Source of the DNA: Blepharisma stoltei ATCC 30299
Lineage: Eukaryota; Protista; Ciliophora
Length of the DNA stretch: 64,000 bases
Direction of reading: 5' to 3'
Assembly: GCA_965603825.1 (NCBI GenBank)
Contig: CBFDEM010000044.1
Span: forward strand, 712,617 to 776,616
Shown here: one piece after another, positions 33,042 through 44,315 of the stretch
How positions within the stretch are numbered: the stretch's first letter is position 1
How the letters are laid out: the number at the start of each line of letters is the position of its first letter
Notes under the pieces: model-generated
Databases searched by the model: none
Seen by the model: only the letters and a program-made list of their open reading frames with translations
Told to the model about the DNA's origin: nothing
Made by a program: the position numbers and the translations under genes

Positions 33042-36000
33042 TTAAATAATTTCGCTCTTTGTGGAACGGAGAGGATTGAAAGGACGATTTTTAAAAGAGC
33101 TTGGAGAAGCTCTCATAAGTCGAGATTCAATATTCGGCGCAAACTGAGGCGAAATCAAAGGGTCGTATCTCACTATCTTATGAGAGCTTTCTTCAGCTCT
33201 TTCCAAGATCCTCTTAAGGCTTGATTCTGGCTCGAAGTTGACTCTTATTGTATCAGCTTGCTCTTGTGCTTGAATTATCTCGAATTCTTTTTCTGGATTT
33301 TTATAACGCTTTCTCCGCTCTATGTTCCCACACTCTTTAAGCTCGCCTTCTAAACCTACCATTTTTCTTTTATAATTCTGGATCTGTGCTTCAATTCTAT
33401 CGAGTTGAGATCTCATGGCTTCTATTTCTCTTCTAGCGTTAATGGCATTTTCTTCTTGGCTTAAACCAATGCTGCTTCTTAGCTCATTTTCCAAAGCTAT
33501 CAACTGCCCTTCAATCCTTATCCTTTCTCTTTCACATATTTCTATGTCCCCATGCGTTTTCATCATTTCTACTAATATCAATTGCAGATCACTGTAAGGT
33601 ATAGATGCTTGCAGCATTTTTAAGAATCCTTCCAGCCCTTTTTTTTCTTTTAGGATCTGATTTGCTTTGTCCTCAAGCATTTTTAGTGCGAAAACATCAC
33701 TTTCTGCAGTGGTTCTCCATTTAATTGTTTCTGATGCACTATATTTGAGCTGGTCTTTAAGCTTATTATTTTCTTCATTCAAGCTTTGCAGGTCTCTCTT
33801 AAGAGCTCCTGCTTCGTTTTGGAAAGACCTTGACTTGTTAAAGCTGCTTTCTCTGTCAATTTCAAGCTTATTTTTCTCCTCAACTAAGGCTTCAACTTCT
33901 GACCTGAGGTTTCTTTCTCTATCCTTTAGAGCTGCGTCATCAATTGATAAAGCATCATAACGCTGCTGTAACAAAAGCAATTTTTGGGCTGTGACTTGGG
34001 ATTCCTGCTTCAGGTCAGAGTAGCTTCTGATTAGCAGTTCAAGCTCTTTGCAGGTAGACAAAACCCAGTCTTCAAGAAGCTGAGTATTTTCTGGGTGATT
34101 TTCATTGTATTTCATTAGAAAATTTTTGAAAGCAGGACTAATTGTAGAGGAATAAGTTGACGCAGAAGCACAAATAGAGCCAAAACTAGACAGAAATCCA
34201 GAAATGGTAGATAAGCAGCTCTTAGCACTCTTCGCAACCTTTTCTTTTTCTTGCAGACTAGCAGTAACTCTTGAAATTTCCTGCCGCAAACCACCCAGTT
34301 CTTCACTTGCTGCAGTTTTCCCTTGTCTTTCAGAATCTGCCTCCTCACGTGCCTGCTGAAATTCCTTTTTCAGCAGCTCAATTTCATAATTTGCATCATC
34401 AATATAATTGTCCCTATCCCTAACCATCTCATCCATTTTTTGCAGTTCAAGGTTAAGCTCTTCTAATTTAGCTTTAAAATTAGCAGCCTCATCTTGTGAC
34501 AGTTTATGCGAACACTGCTCAGAGCTCAATTTTATTTCTACTCTGTGCAGCTCTGCTTCTAATTCTTCCTTCTCATGGGCCATTCTGACAAGTTCTTGAT
34601 GGGTGTTTTCTGTGACAATTCTGTTTTCATTTTTTTCTTTTTTTAGAGCTTGGGCTTCTTTTTTGATTTTTTCTATTTCTTCTTCTTTGTCGGAAAGTTT
34701 ACTTTGGAGCTCGCTTATTTCTTCTGCAATTGCGAGTTCTCGCTTTAAAGCTTCTTGCTGCTCGCCCCAGGCTTTTTGGAGTTCTTTTTGAAGGCCGTCA
34801 ATCTGCCTGACTGACTGCCGAAGATCGTCTTCTTTGCTTGTGTTTAAAGAGTCTCGCATCTGTCGGAATTCTCGTTCTTTGTAAATTAAGCTTTCTTCGA
34901 GCTCTTGGGCTTTTTCTTCGGATTTCTTTTTACTGATTTTAAGCTCTTTGATGCTGCTTTCAGAAGCTTCTAGCGATTCTTTTAAATTATTTCGCTCTCT
35001 AAGCAGTGAATTATAGTTTTCTTGCAAGGCATCTAATTCTGCTTGTGTTTCTCTAAGTGTATTTGACAAAGTTGAGCTATTGGCTTGCAGTGACTCATTT
35101 TTATTCGTCAAATTTTGAATTTGCTGCTTTGCATCTTCAATTTCTGCAGAGAGTTTCCTTATTTTCTCACTCAAACGGGAATTCTCTTCACTTGAACTCT
35201 TTGCTTCTCCATCAATCTTGCTTTTATCCCTCCTCACAATTTCAAGCTCATCTTCTACCATCGATTTCATACTCTGCTCTTGGCTTAATATTTGTCTGAC
35301 CTTCAAAAAATTTTCTTCAAGCTCCATTTTCTCTTTCAAAATTTTTTCATACTCCTCTTTAAACTCTTTTTCCTTATGTGAAAATTCCTCAGCGTACTCT
35401 AACAGTGCATTTTTCTCATCTTCTAGTTTATTAAGCTCTTCTTCTGCAAAAGCAAGGGATTCAGCAGCTGCTTCAAGGTGCTTGTGTGATTCAGACCTCT
35501 CAATCAAAAGATTATTGTTTTCTTCGTTTTTCTTTTTAAGCTGCTCAGACATGGCTGTGAGGTGTGCTTCTTGGTCAGCAATTATACTTTGTAGCTTGGA
35601 GATCTCTTTTCTTGTGTTGTCAGTAGTCGTTTTAGTATTGGTAAAGTCAACAAAAGCGTCAATGTCACGATGAGAAATTCCTAGGTTTTCCATTTTTGCC
35701 TCCAATGCTTGCTTGAGAACTTCTATGTAAGTTCGCTGTTCTTCTGAGAGGAGGGTTTCTGCCCTTAAGCTCTCTTCGAGATTATTCTTTTCTTTTAGGA
35801 CATCGCTATGCTGGTAGTAAATGGCTGCATAGAGTTCTTGTAGTTGATTTAAAGTTAACTGAGTTGTGGGTGGAGGGAATGTGTAATTTTCAGCTAGAGG
35901 GACTTTCATTTGTGGTGATTTGTTTTCTCTTTTGGATTGAGAGCTCTGCGGGCTATAGCCTTCTGGGAATTTCCCGAGATGATCAGGGTTAACAGGGAAA

Positions 36001-36197
36001 GGGTGATTTGGACAAAACTCTGAAATTCTTTTTTCACATAGGATTTTATATTGCTCTAAGTTTCTAAGTCTTTGGGCTTGTGATCTAACTTTTTCTCGCA
36101 GCTGATTAGCGACCTCTACCTCTTCACTAGGAGCATACTCGACCCCATCCTCTTGTGAATCTCCCTGAGATAAATTACGTCGAAACGATTCTTCCAT
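33042..36197 (-). CDS. Long coiled-coil protein, function unknown
   Basis: ~1050-aa E/K/L-rich ORF; first ATG at 36197. Confidence 0.85.
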   Translation of the reverse strand: MEESFRRNLSQGDSQEDGVEYAPSEEVEVANQLREKVRSQAQRLRNLEQYKILCEKRISEFCPNHPFPVNPDHLGKFPEGYSPQSSQSKRENKSPQMKVPLAENYTFPPPTTQLTLNQLQELYAAIYYQHSDVLKEKNNLEESLRAETLLSEEQRTYIEVLKQALEAKMENLGISHRDIDAFVDFTNTKTTTDNTRKEISKLQSIIADQEAHLTAMSEQLKKKNEENNNLLIERSESHKHLEAAAESLAFAEEELNKLEDEKNALLEYAEEFSHKEKEFKEEYEKILKEKMELEENFLKVRQILSQEQSMKSMVEDELEIVRRDKSKIDGEAKSSSEENSRLSEKIRKLSAEIEDAKQQIQNLTNKNESLQANSSTLSNTLRETQAELDALQENYNSLLRERNNLKESLEASESSIKELKISKKKSEEKAQELEESLIYKEREFRQMRDSLNTSKEDDLRQSVRQIDGLQKELQKAWGEQQEALKRELAIAEEISELQSKLSDKEEEIEKIKKEAQALKKEKNENRIVTENTHQELVRMAHEKEELEAELHRVEIKLSSEQCSHKLSQDEAANFKAKLEELNLELQKMDEMVRDRDNYIDDANYEIELLKKEFQQAREEADSERQGKTAASEELGGLRQEISRVTASLQEKEKVAKSAKSCLSTISGFLSSFGSICASASTYSSTISPAFKNFLMKYNENHPENTQLLEDWVLSTCKELELLIRSYSDLKQESQVTAQKLLLLQQRYDALSIDDAALKDRERNLRSEVEALVEEKNKLEIDRESSFNKSRSFQNEAGALKRDLQSLNEENNKLKDQLKYSASETIKWRTTAESDVFALKMLEDKANQILKEKKGLEGFLKMLQASIPYSDLQLILVEMMKTHGDIEICERERIRIEGQLIALENELRSSIGLSQEENAINARREIEAMRSQLDRIEAQIQNYKRKMVGLEGELKECGNIERRKRYKNPEKEFEIIQAQEQADTIRVNFEPESSLKRILERAEESSHKIVRYDPLISPQFAPNIESRLMRASPSSFKNRPFNPLRSTKSEII

Positions 36198-36239
36198 TTT
36201 AAATGTCAAACGAATTTAAATTATCTTATTAAATTGTTG

Positions 36240-37748
36240 CTATTCAATAGAATAATGGAAATCAGTTTCAGGCACTGGCTGAATCCACTCGAATGCAGTT
36301 CGATGAGTCGTGTCCCAGTTCACTTTGCCATTACCTACATCGAAGTGGTTTTTTCTAAGGTTTTTAATTAAGTTGGGGTCGGCTTTTGAAACTTCCCCAA
36401 GAGAGTTCTTAAAATCTGTCCTCTGAGTCGAATTAAATAAAGGCGATTCCGCTCCATATTGAAAGTGGGTTGCTCTTAGGTCATCTAGGCTTTTTTTATC
36501 AAGCTCACTCTTTTTACCTTTTCCTTTGCCAATTTGACTTGAAGTAGTTTTATAGCTGTCTCCTCCAACTCCTAATACAAAATGATGGCCTCTAAGGTAA
36601 GTTTTCAAGTTATGGTCAAGGCCTCTTTGTTCAGAATTTTCAGTCATTGGCCGAAATGAATCTTGGGCTTCACTTTTGTTGGCAGGTGGATTAGAGCCAA
36701 AAACTATATGGGAAGACCAGTCAGATGCATGATCCCTTGCTTTTTGGGTTTCTGATAAATTTTTTCCTTCATGATTTTCACTATAAGCGGTAGACCAAGG
36801 CTTCTTTTCTGTCCCCAGCAAAAAGTGGGTTTTTCTCAGTGCGACTGAACTAGATTTTGGAGTTTCAACAGACGATGAGTGGAAGTTTTTGTAAGAAGTT
36901 GACTCAGCGTCATAATTTGGCTTGTCACTTCCAAACAAAAAATGTGATGCCCTTAAGTCACCAAGCTTTTCATAATTCAGCTGTTCTTTGCTGTTTCCTT
37001 TATTATTGAAATTCGTCTGGGTCATGGAAGCCATATCTCCTTTTACGTTACCAAGTTGGAAGTGCTGCTTTCTTAGGTCCTTGGAAAGCTCTTTAAAACC
37101 TATGGCTTTTGAGTTTTCTTTTGGCCCGAAATCTTGTTTGTTTGTGCTTGTATATGTCACAGGGGTGTTACCTACTTGAAAGTGAGAAGCTCTTAGATCT
37201 TTTTTAATCTTTAGCAAGTCAGACTCACTTGCTCTCTGAACTGTCTTGGGCCCGTAAGTAGATTTCGCAATTGATTCAAGGCTGAGAGGATCTTGCCCAA
37301 AGATGAAGTGGTGCTGCCTGAGAGATCGATCGACATCCATTCCTTCTACCAAGCAAGTGGCTGGCCTTTCACTAGGTACAAAAGATTTCGAGGACGTTGT
37401 ATTGTAATCAGCCGAATCAGATCCAAGCTCAAAGTGATGCTTTCTTAAATCGCCTTTTACCTCTGCTTGGGCTTGAACTCCAGAGGATTTGAAGTTTTGA
37501 AACCTTGTCATAGACTCAGTTTTCGATAGCAATGGAGCGCTGCCTGTTCCTAAATCAAAATGGGATTTGCGAATATTTTTTCTCAGTTCTGGGTCTTGTT
37601 TTGATGTATTAAAGCCCTTGCTGTCTAAGAAATTTGCATGAGACGTAGATTTATAATTGGGTCCGTCTCCCCCAAGAACGAAATGAGTTTTGCGAAGCTG
37701 ATCTGCGAGTTTCAGCCTTTGGTCTCTTGTCATATAACTGCCCTGCAT
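36240..37748 (-). CDS. 12-repeat protein (LRxxHFxLG...Y-x-S/T-x4-5-F), putative microtubule-inner/stabilising protein (SAXO/TEX45-like)
   Basis: Twelve ~40-aa repeats are visible in the translation; the function is inferred from motif resemblance. Confidence 0.7.
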   Translation of the reverse strand: MQGSYMTRDQRLKLADQLRKTHFVLGGDGPNYKSTSHANFLDSKGFNTSKQDPELRKNIRKSHFDLGTGSAPLLSKTESMTRFQNFKSSGVQAQAEVKGDLRKHHFELGSDSADYNTTSSKSFVPSERPATCLVEGMDVDRSLRQHHFIFGQDPLSLESIAKSTYGPKTVQRASESDLLKIKKDLRASHFQVGNTPVTYTSTNKQDFGPKENSKAIGFKELSKDLRKQHFQLGNVKGDMASMTQTNFNNKGNSKEQLNYEKLGDLRASHFLFGSDKPNYDAESTSYKNFHSSSVETPKSSSVALRKTHFLLGTEKKPWSTAYSENHEGKNLSETQKARDHASDWSSHIVFGSNPPANKSEAQDSFRPMTENSEQRGLDHNLKTYLRGHHFVLGVGGDSYKTTSSQIGKGKGKKSELDKKSLDDLRATHFQYGAESPLFNSTQRTDFKNSLGEVSKADPNLIKNLRKNHFDVGNGKVNWDTTHRTAFEWIQPVPETDFHYSIE

Positions 37749-38102
37749 ATTGAATTTCTTAAAATAATTATCAATTATACAAGCACAAAATTTATGAAAT
37801 CTGCAAATTTGTATAAAATTATATTAGACGAGTCTGCTTTCCAATATAAGCAAATAGTGATATATCATTTATCTAAAAGCGTCAAATATAGATAGAAAAT
37901 ATAATATTTTCTATAATAAAAAACCAACATATAGCGCTTGTGAAAGTAAATGCTTTATTTCTTACCTTTTTATTGTTTAACAAGCTAAACTAAATGAAAT
38001 CTTAAAAAAATTTAAAATCCTATAAAATCAGAAGAAATTAAGCAATTTATACCTTTTCGGCATTAAAAATGATAAAGTCTTTTTCAACAGTTATATAAAA
38101 GT

Positions 38103-41100
38103 ATGTCTTACCCCTACATGTAATTGAAACTCAGGAAATTCGACAATAAATCTCCCATCACAATCAACGACGAGTTTTCAAGCAAAGAAGAGGAAGAGCA
38201 ACTGTTTGAAAAGCGGCTTCCAGTTCCTGCAAGACCTGTGAGTGCTAAAAATTCTGAATTTAAAGCTTCGAAAACTCCTAAAAAGAAACTGGCACGGCCG
38301 ACCTCAGCAAGCAAAAACATTTTCCCAGTCCGAAACATAATGCAGCAGCGAAGAGTCACTGACCCACTTGCCTTGGCCAGACTCCGTCCTAAGAACATTC
38401 CTATGGATAAAGAACGGCTTTACGACGAAAACATGGCCCTTAAGATGAAAATCAACAGCTTAAGCGAAGACATCGTCATACTCAAAACTAAGCTCAACCA
38501 GTCTGAAAGGGAAATCATCAAAAAAGAAGGCTTTTTTGGAGACACCAAAAATCGAGGCGACAAATTCAGTGCTCAAAACCTCAAGAGTGTGCATTTAATT
38601 ACAAGTCTTAAGCAAACCATTAAAGAGCTAAGGCTCCAGTTACAAGCGAAGGACGAGGATATCATGCTGTTGAGGAAAAATTTGAAATCTACTAAGCAAT
38701 CTGAGCTGGAAGTAGAAATTCAAGCTTACATTGATGAATGCACAAGGCTAAGACATCACCTTGAAGAAGTCATGCAACAAAGAGATGCTGGGAACTCCCA
38801 AGGATTCGGCAATTTTGAAGAACAGAACTACCAGCAGCTTGCTATGATAAATAATCTGAAAAAAGAAAACGCAGAGCTCACTAATAATTTGAATCAAACT
38901 AAAGAAGAAGCACTTAGGTGGAGAGAAAAGGCTACAGAACTGGAAAGAAACAAAAAGAAAAGACCAACGTCAAAAAAGACCGAAATTAACAACTTGAAAA
39001 CTGAAATTCAGCACTTGAAAATGAAGCTGACCAACGGTGAACAAGAAATAAACCAAAAAGACTCCGAAGCCAAGTCAGAAATCGAAAAATTCGCCAAAGC
39101 CAACCAAGAACTCGCTCAAAAATCCCAAATCTCTGAATCAAAGCTAAAGGAGCAATCAGCAATAATTGAGCAGCTGCGGACACAGGTATCAAACCTCCAG
39201 AAAGAGATGCAGAAAGCCCATAGGACCACTCCATATGTAGACACCTCAGGGTCACATATGATCCAAAAAATGGGCAACCCTCCAAAGCTTTTCAAGCTTA
39301 TAAACCAAGTTATCACAAAGAAAAGGATGCTGATTACTGTATTTTTATCCCTGCTAGATACAAATAATAATGGGTATATTGAAATAGAGGAATTTATAAG
39401 AGGCATGAAACTCCATGGCCAGCATGTCAAGAAAAAGCATATAGAAGATGCTATGCGAGAGGTCACAGGAAAAGTCAGCAATTTTATACATTTGAGGACT
39501 CTAGAGGATGCTTTTGAAAGGTATGAATATTCAAATTCTCCGTTAAGTGTGAGCAGTGGAGACGAAATGGCTCCTGCTAAGCCTGTCCCGAAGGCGCCAG
39601 GCTTAAAAGAAGAGAAAAAGGAGCTGCCTATCTTGAATGTCAATAAAGTAGCTAGTCCAATGCATTTAGATGCAGAAACACCTGTCATGGAAAACCTGCC
39701 TGAGATACCACAAAAACAAAAACAAGAAGAAGCCAAAAAAGCAGTTGAAAATAAAGCAAAAGTTAGTGAAATTTCACCTCAAAAGCCTCAGCCAGAAATT
39801 CAGAAAAAAGTAGAAGAATCCAAGATTCCAGCAAAATCTTCATCCCTTGACATTAACCCAGCACAAAATAAAGACACAAAACCTCCTGAGAAAATTCCGC
39901 ACCCTCCAAAGGAAATTCCTCCTCTTCAAAACATCCCTCCAAAAGAAGTCCCCCCTCTTCAAAACATCCCTCCAAAAGAGCCACCCAAGCCAATTCAGCC
40001 AACACCACCAAAAGAGCCTGAAACCCCGACAATCAAAGTTTCTCAAATAACTCAAATAATCAAGCATATCTCTATGAGAATGCAGCTAAACCGTCTGCCA
40101 AAAAACAAACTAATGCAAGTTCTATTTGGTTCTGGCTACAATAAAGACACGCTTATTAGCAAAGAAGAAATAAGGGAAATTCTTTCTAAAGCTCCATTAA
40201 ATTTTAGCAATGAAGCTGAGCTTGATAATTTCTGCAGATTCCTGGTTGAGCCTGAAACTGACAAAATCCCTATCAGCGTCCAAAAGAGTGCTAAAGCTTC
40301 AAGAAAAGATATAGGAGTCAAGCTTTATAAGATCCTTGATGAGTGGGACGTTTTTTCCCAAGAAGATGAAAATGATTTTGATGAGCAGCTGTACAGAATT
40401 ATAAGCAAGCATAAAGACGGGCTAAAAAAAGCGTGCAAGGCTAAAGATCCCAACAAAACAGGACTTATCACTTTGGATTACTTCTGCGAAGTTTTAAAAG
40501 ACTTGAAAATTGAGTTTCCTCCAAAAATCATGAGGTATATGACTCTTCTGTTTTATTCTAATAAACTAGAGCTAAACTCAGTCCCTTATAAGCATTTTAT
40601 CAAAGCTTATAAATCCCCACCTGAAGAAGAAGAAGAGTATGAAGAAGACTACGAAGGCGAAGAAAAAAATGAAGAGGAAGAAGAAGAGCTGACTGACGAA
40701 AGCAGAGCCAAAATCGTCAGGCACTATCTAGAAATCATCGCAGAAGCCTTAAAAGACCAGAAAAAAGCAGTAAGAGATGCTTTTAAATATGATAAAAATG
40801 GGTTTATAAACCCTGACAGCTTCATAGAAGGCTTGAAAAACCTTGGCATCGACGATATTGAAGATGAGCTTTTGGTACTTATCATTGAGTCTTTACAATA
40901 TGAAGAAGAAACCAATGAAATGTACATCAGCGTTGAAGAACTAGAAGAAATTTTAGAACACTATGGAGTGCCGATTAAGAGTCATGAGTATTCCAATGTA
41001 GAAGAATATGAAGAAGGAGAACAGTCTCCTGGAAGCGACATAAGGAAGATCACAAATCAGTTCGCTGCAACAGAAGGGGAGAGAATCAAAAAAGTGTCAA

Positions 41101-42302
41101 TGCTTGAGTCCTCTGTCAGCTCCAGCGACAAAAGAGATGAAAGCGTCCCTGACTCCTTGCCTAGTGAAGCATTTTCTGCGAAAATGCATAAAGAAGAGCC
41201 TGCAAAAGAAATTAATTTTGAAAACCCAAGCCAGTATAAAGCATTTGGCAACGTCGCTTCAATTGAAGAATTGGTTAAGAGCCAAAAATCAAGCTCCAGC
41301 TCGAGCTCTTCATCAAGAAAATCTAGCGTGTCTAGCAAAAAGTCAAAAAAATCTAGCATATCTAGCAAAAAATCAAAAAAATCAAGCTCGTCTTCATCAG
41401 AAAAGTCCAGCATATCAAGCAAAAAGAAGTCAAAGTCCAGTTCATCAGAAGAAGAGTATGTATCAGACTATAAGAGCGATAAAAACGAGAATAAATCGGA
41501 TAAAGAAGAAAAGAAAAGCAATAACCGATATAAGGAGAAATCTCCTTCTGAAGAGTCTCCAAAGGAAGAGTACTCTGATTACGAAAGCGACCATGACAAA
41601 GAAACACAAAAGGAGACTCAAGCCAAAAAAGAGAGCGGAGTGCCTTCACTGTCTTATAAAAAATCTGAAAGTGAATCAGATAAAATAACCCCAAGGTCAC
41701 AAATTTCAGAATCTTCCTATTCAAGCGAGAAAAAAAGTTTTAAAGGCCAAGGTAAAAAAACAGACTACGAGGAAAAAGTGTCTGATAGCGATGTAAGTGA
41801 AAAGTCAAAAAGCTCTAAGGCAAGTGTCAAGAAAGCGGCTTCAGATAAAAATTTATCTATTGAGAAGCATCAAAAATCTGAAGAAAGCTATGAAGAAGAG
41901 CAAAACTCTAGCTCAGTTTCTGATTCCAGTGAAAAGGGAAAAGCTGCTTTTGAATATGAAAAGCCACAGAAACCATTAGAGCAAGTTCCTCTGAAGGTAA
42001 ACCAGCCTCCTCAAGCAATCCCTCTGAAGATAAACCAGAGTCCTCGTCAATTGCCAGAATCAAGTAATAATGAAGAAAGTCCATATGAGTCAGAGATTGA
42101 GTATTCTCCACATTCCTCAAACTATGAAGAGGAAGAAGAAAAAGTAATTCAGACTAAGCCTGAGCTTCCAAAAGTAGAAAAAGCCGAAGAGCCAGAAGAA
42201 GACATTGAAGAAAGCATAGAGTCCAAGAAATCCGAAGAAGAATATCAAAGTGACTATGACTCTGACAAAGGAGGGTCTAGTTCTGGTTCAATAAGCTTAT
42301 AA
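38103..42302 (+). CDS. IQCE-like N-terminal coiled coil + EF-hands + S/E/K-rich tail; 15-nt intron near the start
   Basis: Spliced start MSYPYMKFDNK. KERLYDENMALK..LKTKL and LITSLKQTIKEL..LKSTKQSELEVEIQAYIDECTRL resemble IQCE. EF loops include DTNNNGYIEIEE and DPNKTGLITLDY. Confidence 0.8.
38120..38134 (+). other. 15-nt intron (GTAATTGAAACTCAG)
   Basis: Removes an in-frame TAA and links ATG 38103 to the 1392-aa frame. Confidence 0.8.
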
Positions 42303-42500
42303 TGATATTTCATATAGAATTAAATTAAATTTGTAAGACAGCTTCAATTTTTTCAACAAAAATGAAAGCCAATCATAATTATTAATTTATACTATTAAAA
42401 CCTCATTAAAGCAAAACAGTAAGAATTTCCAGAAAGGGCTGTTTTTATATATATAAACCGGATTTTTCTATTATAAAAAGGTTTTTTTAAATAAGAGAAA

Positions 42501-43181
42501 ATGATGGATTGGAAAGGAGCGATGACGTCTGCAGGCGGGTACTGGAAGCCACCGAAACCAAAACGAAGCTGCTGAGATCTCTGTTTTGGAGGTCCTGAAT
42601 GGATAGAAGAAGTTCCAGCCTCCAGCTCAGTTCACCAGAAAGAAAAGCAAGGCAAACAATACTGGACAAAAGAAGAAGACAAAAAACTGATAAAACTCGT
42701 GGGGAAGCTGGGCTATGACTGAGAAACTATTTCAAGAAAATTTTCTGGAAAAACTGCAATTCAATGCTCACGCAGATGGAACAACAAGCTAGACCCAAGC
42801 ATCAAAAGAACGCCTTGGACTGCTGACGAAGATGTCGTGCTAAAACGCTTGGTTTTAGAACTCGGCTATAATTGGGATGAAATTCGAAAATATTTAGACG
42901 GTAGGTCAGCACATGGCGTAAAACATAGGTTTCTGTCCTATATCCAGCCACAGCTTTCTCGAGAAGAAATTCAAGCTATTGAAAGAGTCAACTCTGGGCT
43001 GGCAACTGAAGAGAACAAAGAAAATAATAATGTGAGTGAATATATGGATCTTGATGGCGGGAAGGATGCTGAACTCCAACGATTGAATAAATTGATGGAA
43101 GAACTGCATGCTGTGATGCTTAGAACCAATGAACAAATCAGCTCTCTTGAAACGGAAATGTACCAACCTGGGATCAATTAA
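42501..43181 (+). CDS. Two-repeat Myb/SANT DNA-binding protein, 2 in-frame TGA
   Basis: WTKEEDKKL...GYDW(TGA 42720)ETIS...KTAIQCSRRWNNKLDPSIKRTPWTADED...NWDEI. Confidence 0.92.
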
Positions 43182-43278
43182 GTGGAATTTTGTTATAGAT
43201 CTTTATTTAAATAAAATTGCTATTTAATTAATAAAAACTGTAAATAAGCTTCTGGGGATGATTTGTTTAACTAAGCAG

Positions 43279-44085
43279 CTAATTTATATTCAAGAGCTCT
43301 TGGATGAGCTTATCTTTTTCTTCTATTTCTTTGTTTTTCTCTAATATTAATTGTTTGAGTTTTTTTGTTTTGATATCTTGCCTATCATATATTTTCTTGC
43401 AGGGAATTTTGAAGACCCCAATTTGGCAATTGTTTTGTTTTACAACGTCCCCAAACCCACTAGATTCAGTCACATGGCTAACTATGTATAATATTTGTTT
43501 ATCAAATGCATGTCTAAAAGAGACAAGCATCCTATATTGAGATGCAATTTGAGGATTTTTGGTTAGCAGCTTCACAAAATCGTGGAAGCTCTTTTTATAA
43601 TTGGCATTCTGAGGGTCTTCTTTTAGTCCGCTTTTAAAATACTGATGATGCTGCCCTCTTCTTTCAATTTCTGCTAACCCTGGGAATTCCCGAAAATCAG
43701 GCTCCATAAATCTATCTAGCCACATTTCACGAAGCTTAAATCGGGCAGGCTGAATTTTTTGAGAAAAATAGATCTTATTCTGAAAGCGTAAAGTTAAAAA
43801 TTTTGCTTGATTTCTTTGATTTTCATCTTCACGAAGCTCATCTTGATTTTCTTGGAGATTTTCATTATTGTTTATCTGCGGATTGTTTTCTTGAGCTTGC
43901 ACTTGATTTTGATTGATTTCTCCATTTTCATTATTTTCTTCCAGGTTTATCACTGCTGGATTAAGTGCATCAAGAAGCCAATTCATTGCCTCTACAATGC
44001 TGTGCTGATATCTAAAGGGAATCTGATTTATTTGTTCATGGGAATATCCAGCTTCATAAAGTCTTTCTCTAGTTGCACGATCCAT
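43279..44085 (-). CDS. Hypothetical protein with a UBA-like N-terminus and an N/Q/E-rich linker
   Basis: 268-aa ORF; LYEAGYS...VEAMNWLL resembles a UBA domain. Confidence 0.65.
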   Translation of the reverse strand: MDRATRERLYEAGYSHEQINQIPFRYQHSIVEAMNWLLDALNPAVINLEENNENGEINQNQVQAQENNPQINNNENLQENQDELREDENQRNQAKFLTLRFQNKIYFSQKIQPARFKLREMWLDRFMEPDFREFPGLAEIERRGQHHQYFKSGLKEDPQNANYKKSFHDFVKLLTKNPQIASQYRMLVSFRHAFDKQILYIVSHVTESSGFGDVVKQNNCQIGVFKIPCKKIYDRQDIKTKKLKQLILEKNKEIEEKDKLIQELLNIN

Positions 44086-44315
44086 AAAATTAAAAGTCTA
44101 CATAATCAATAATAAAATCTATCATAAAAGGCGTCATAATTTCTAGTTATGAGATTCATATAATTTGCCAATCATTCATATTATTAATTTCATTGAAGCT
44201 CTATATGCAAAAATCGATAATTAAATTTAAGCTAATTAAAGCAATTTTAAGTTCAATTTATTTCATTTTCCAAATTAGCTATTTAGGTATTTATTCCGCT
44301 ACATTTTAAATTATA

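Noticed and set aside
39895-41425. Short 33-nt and 30-nt tandem repeats (PPKEIPPLQNI; SSISSKKSKK)
   Set aside because: These are ordinary low-complexity coding expansions within the IQCE-like gene.
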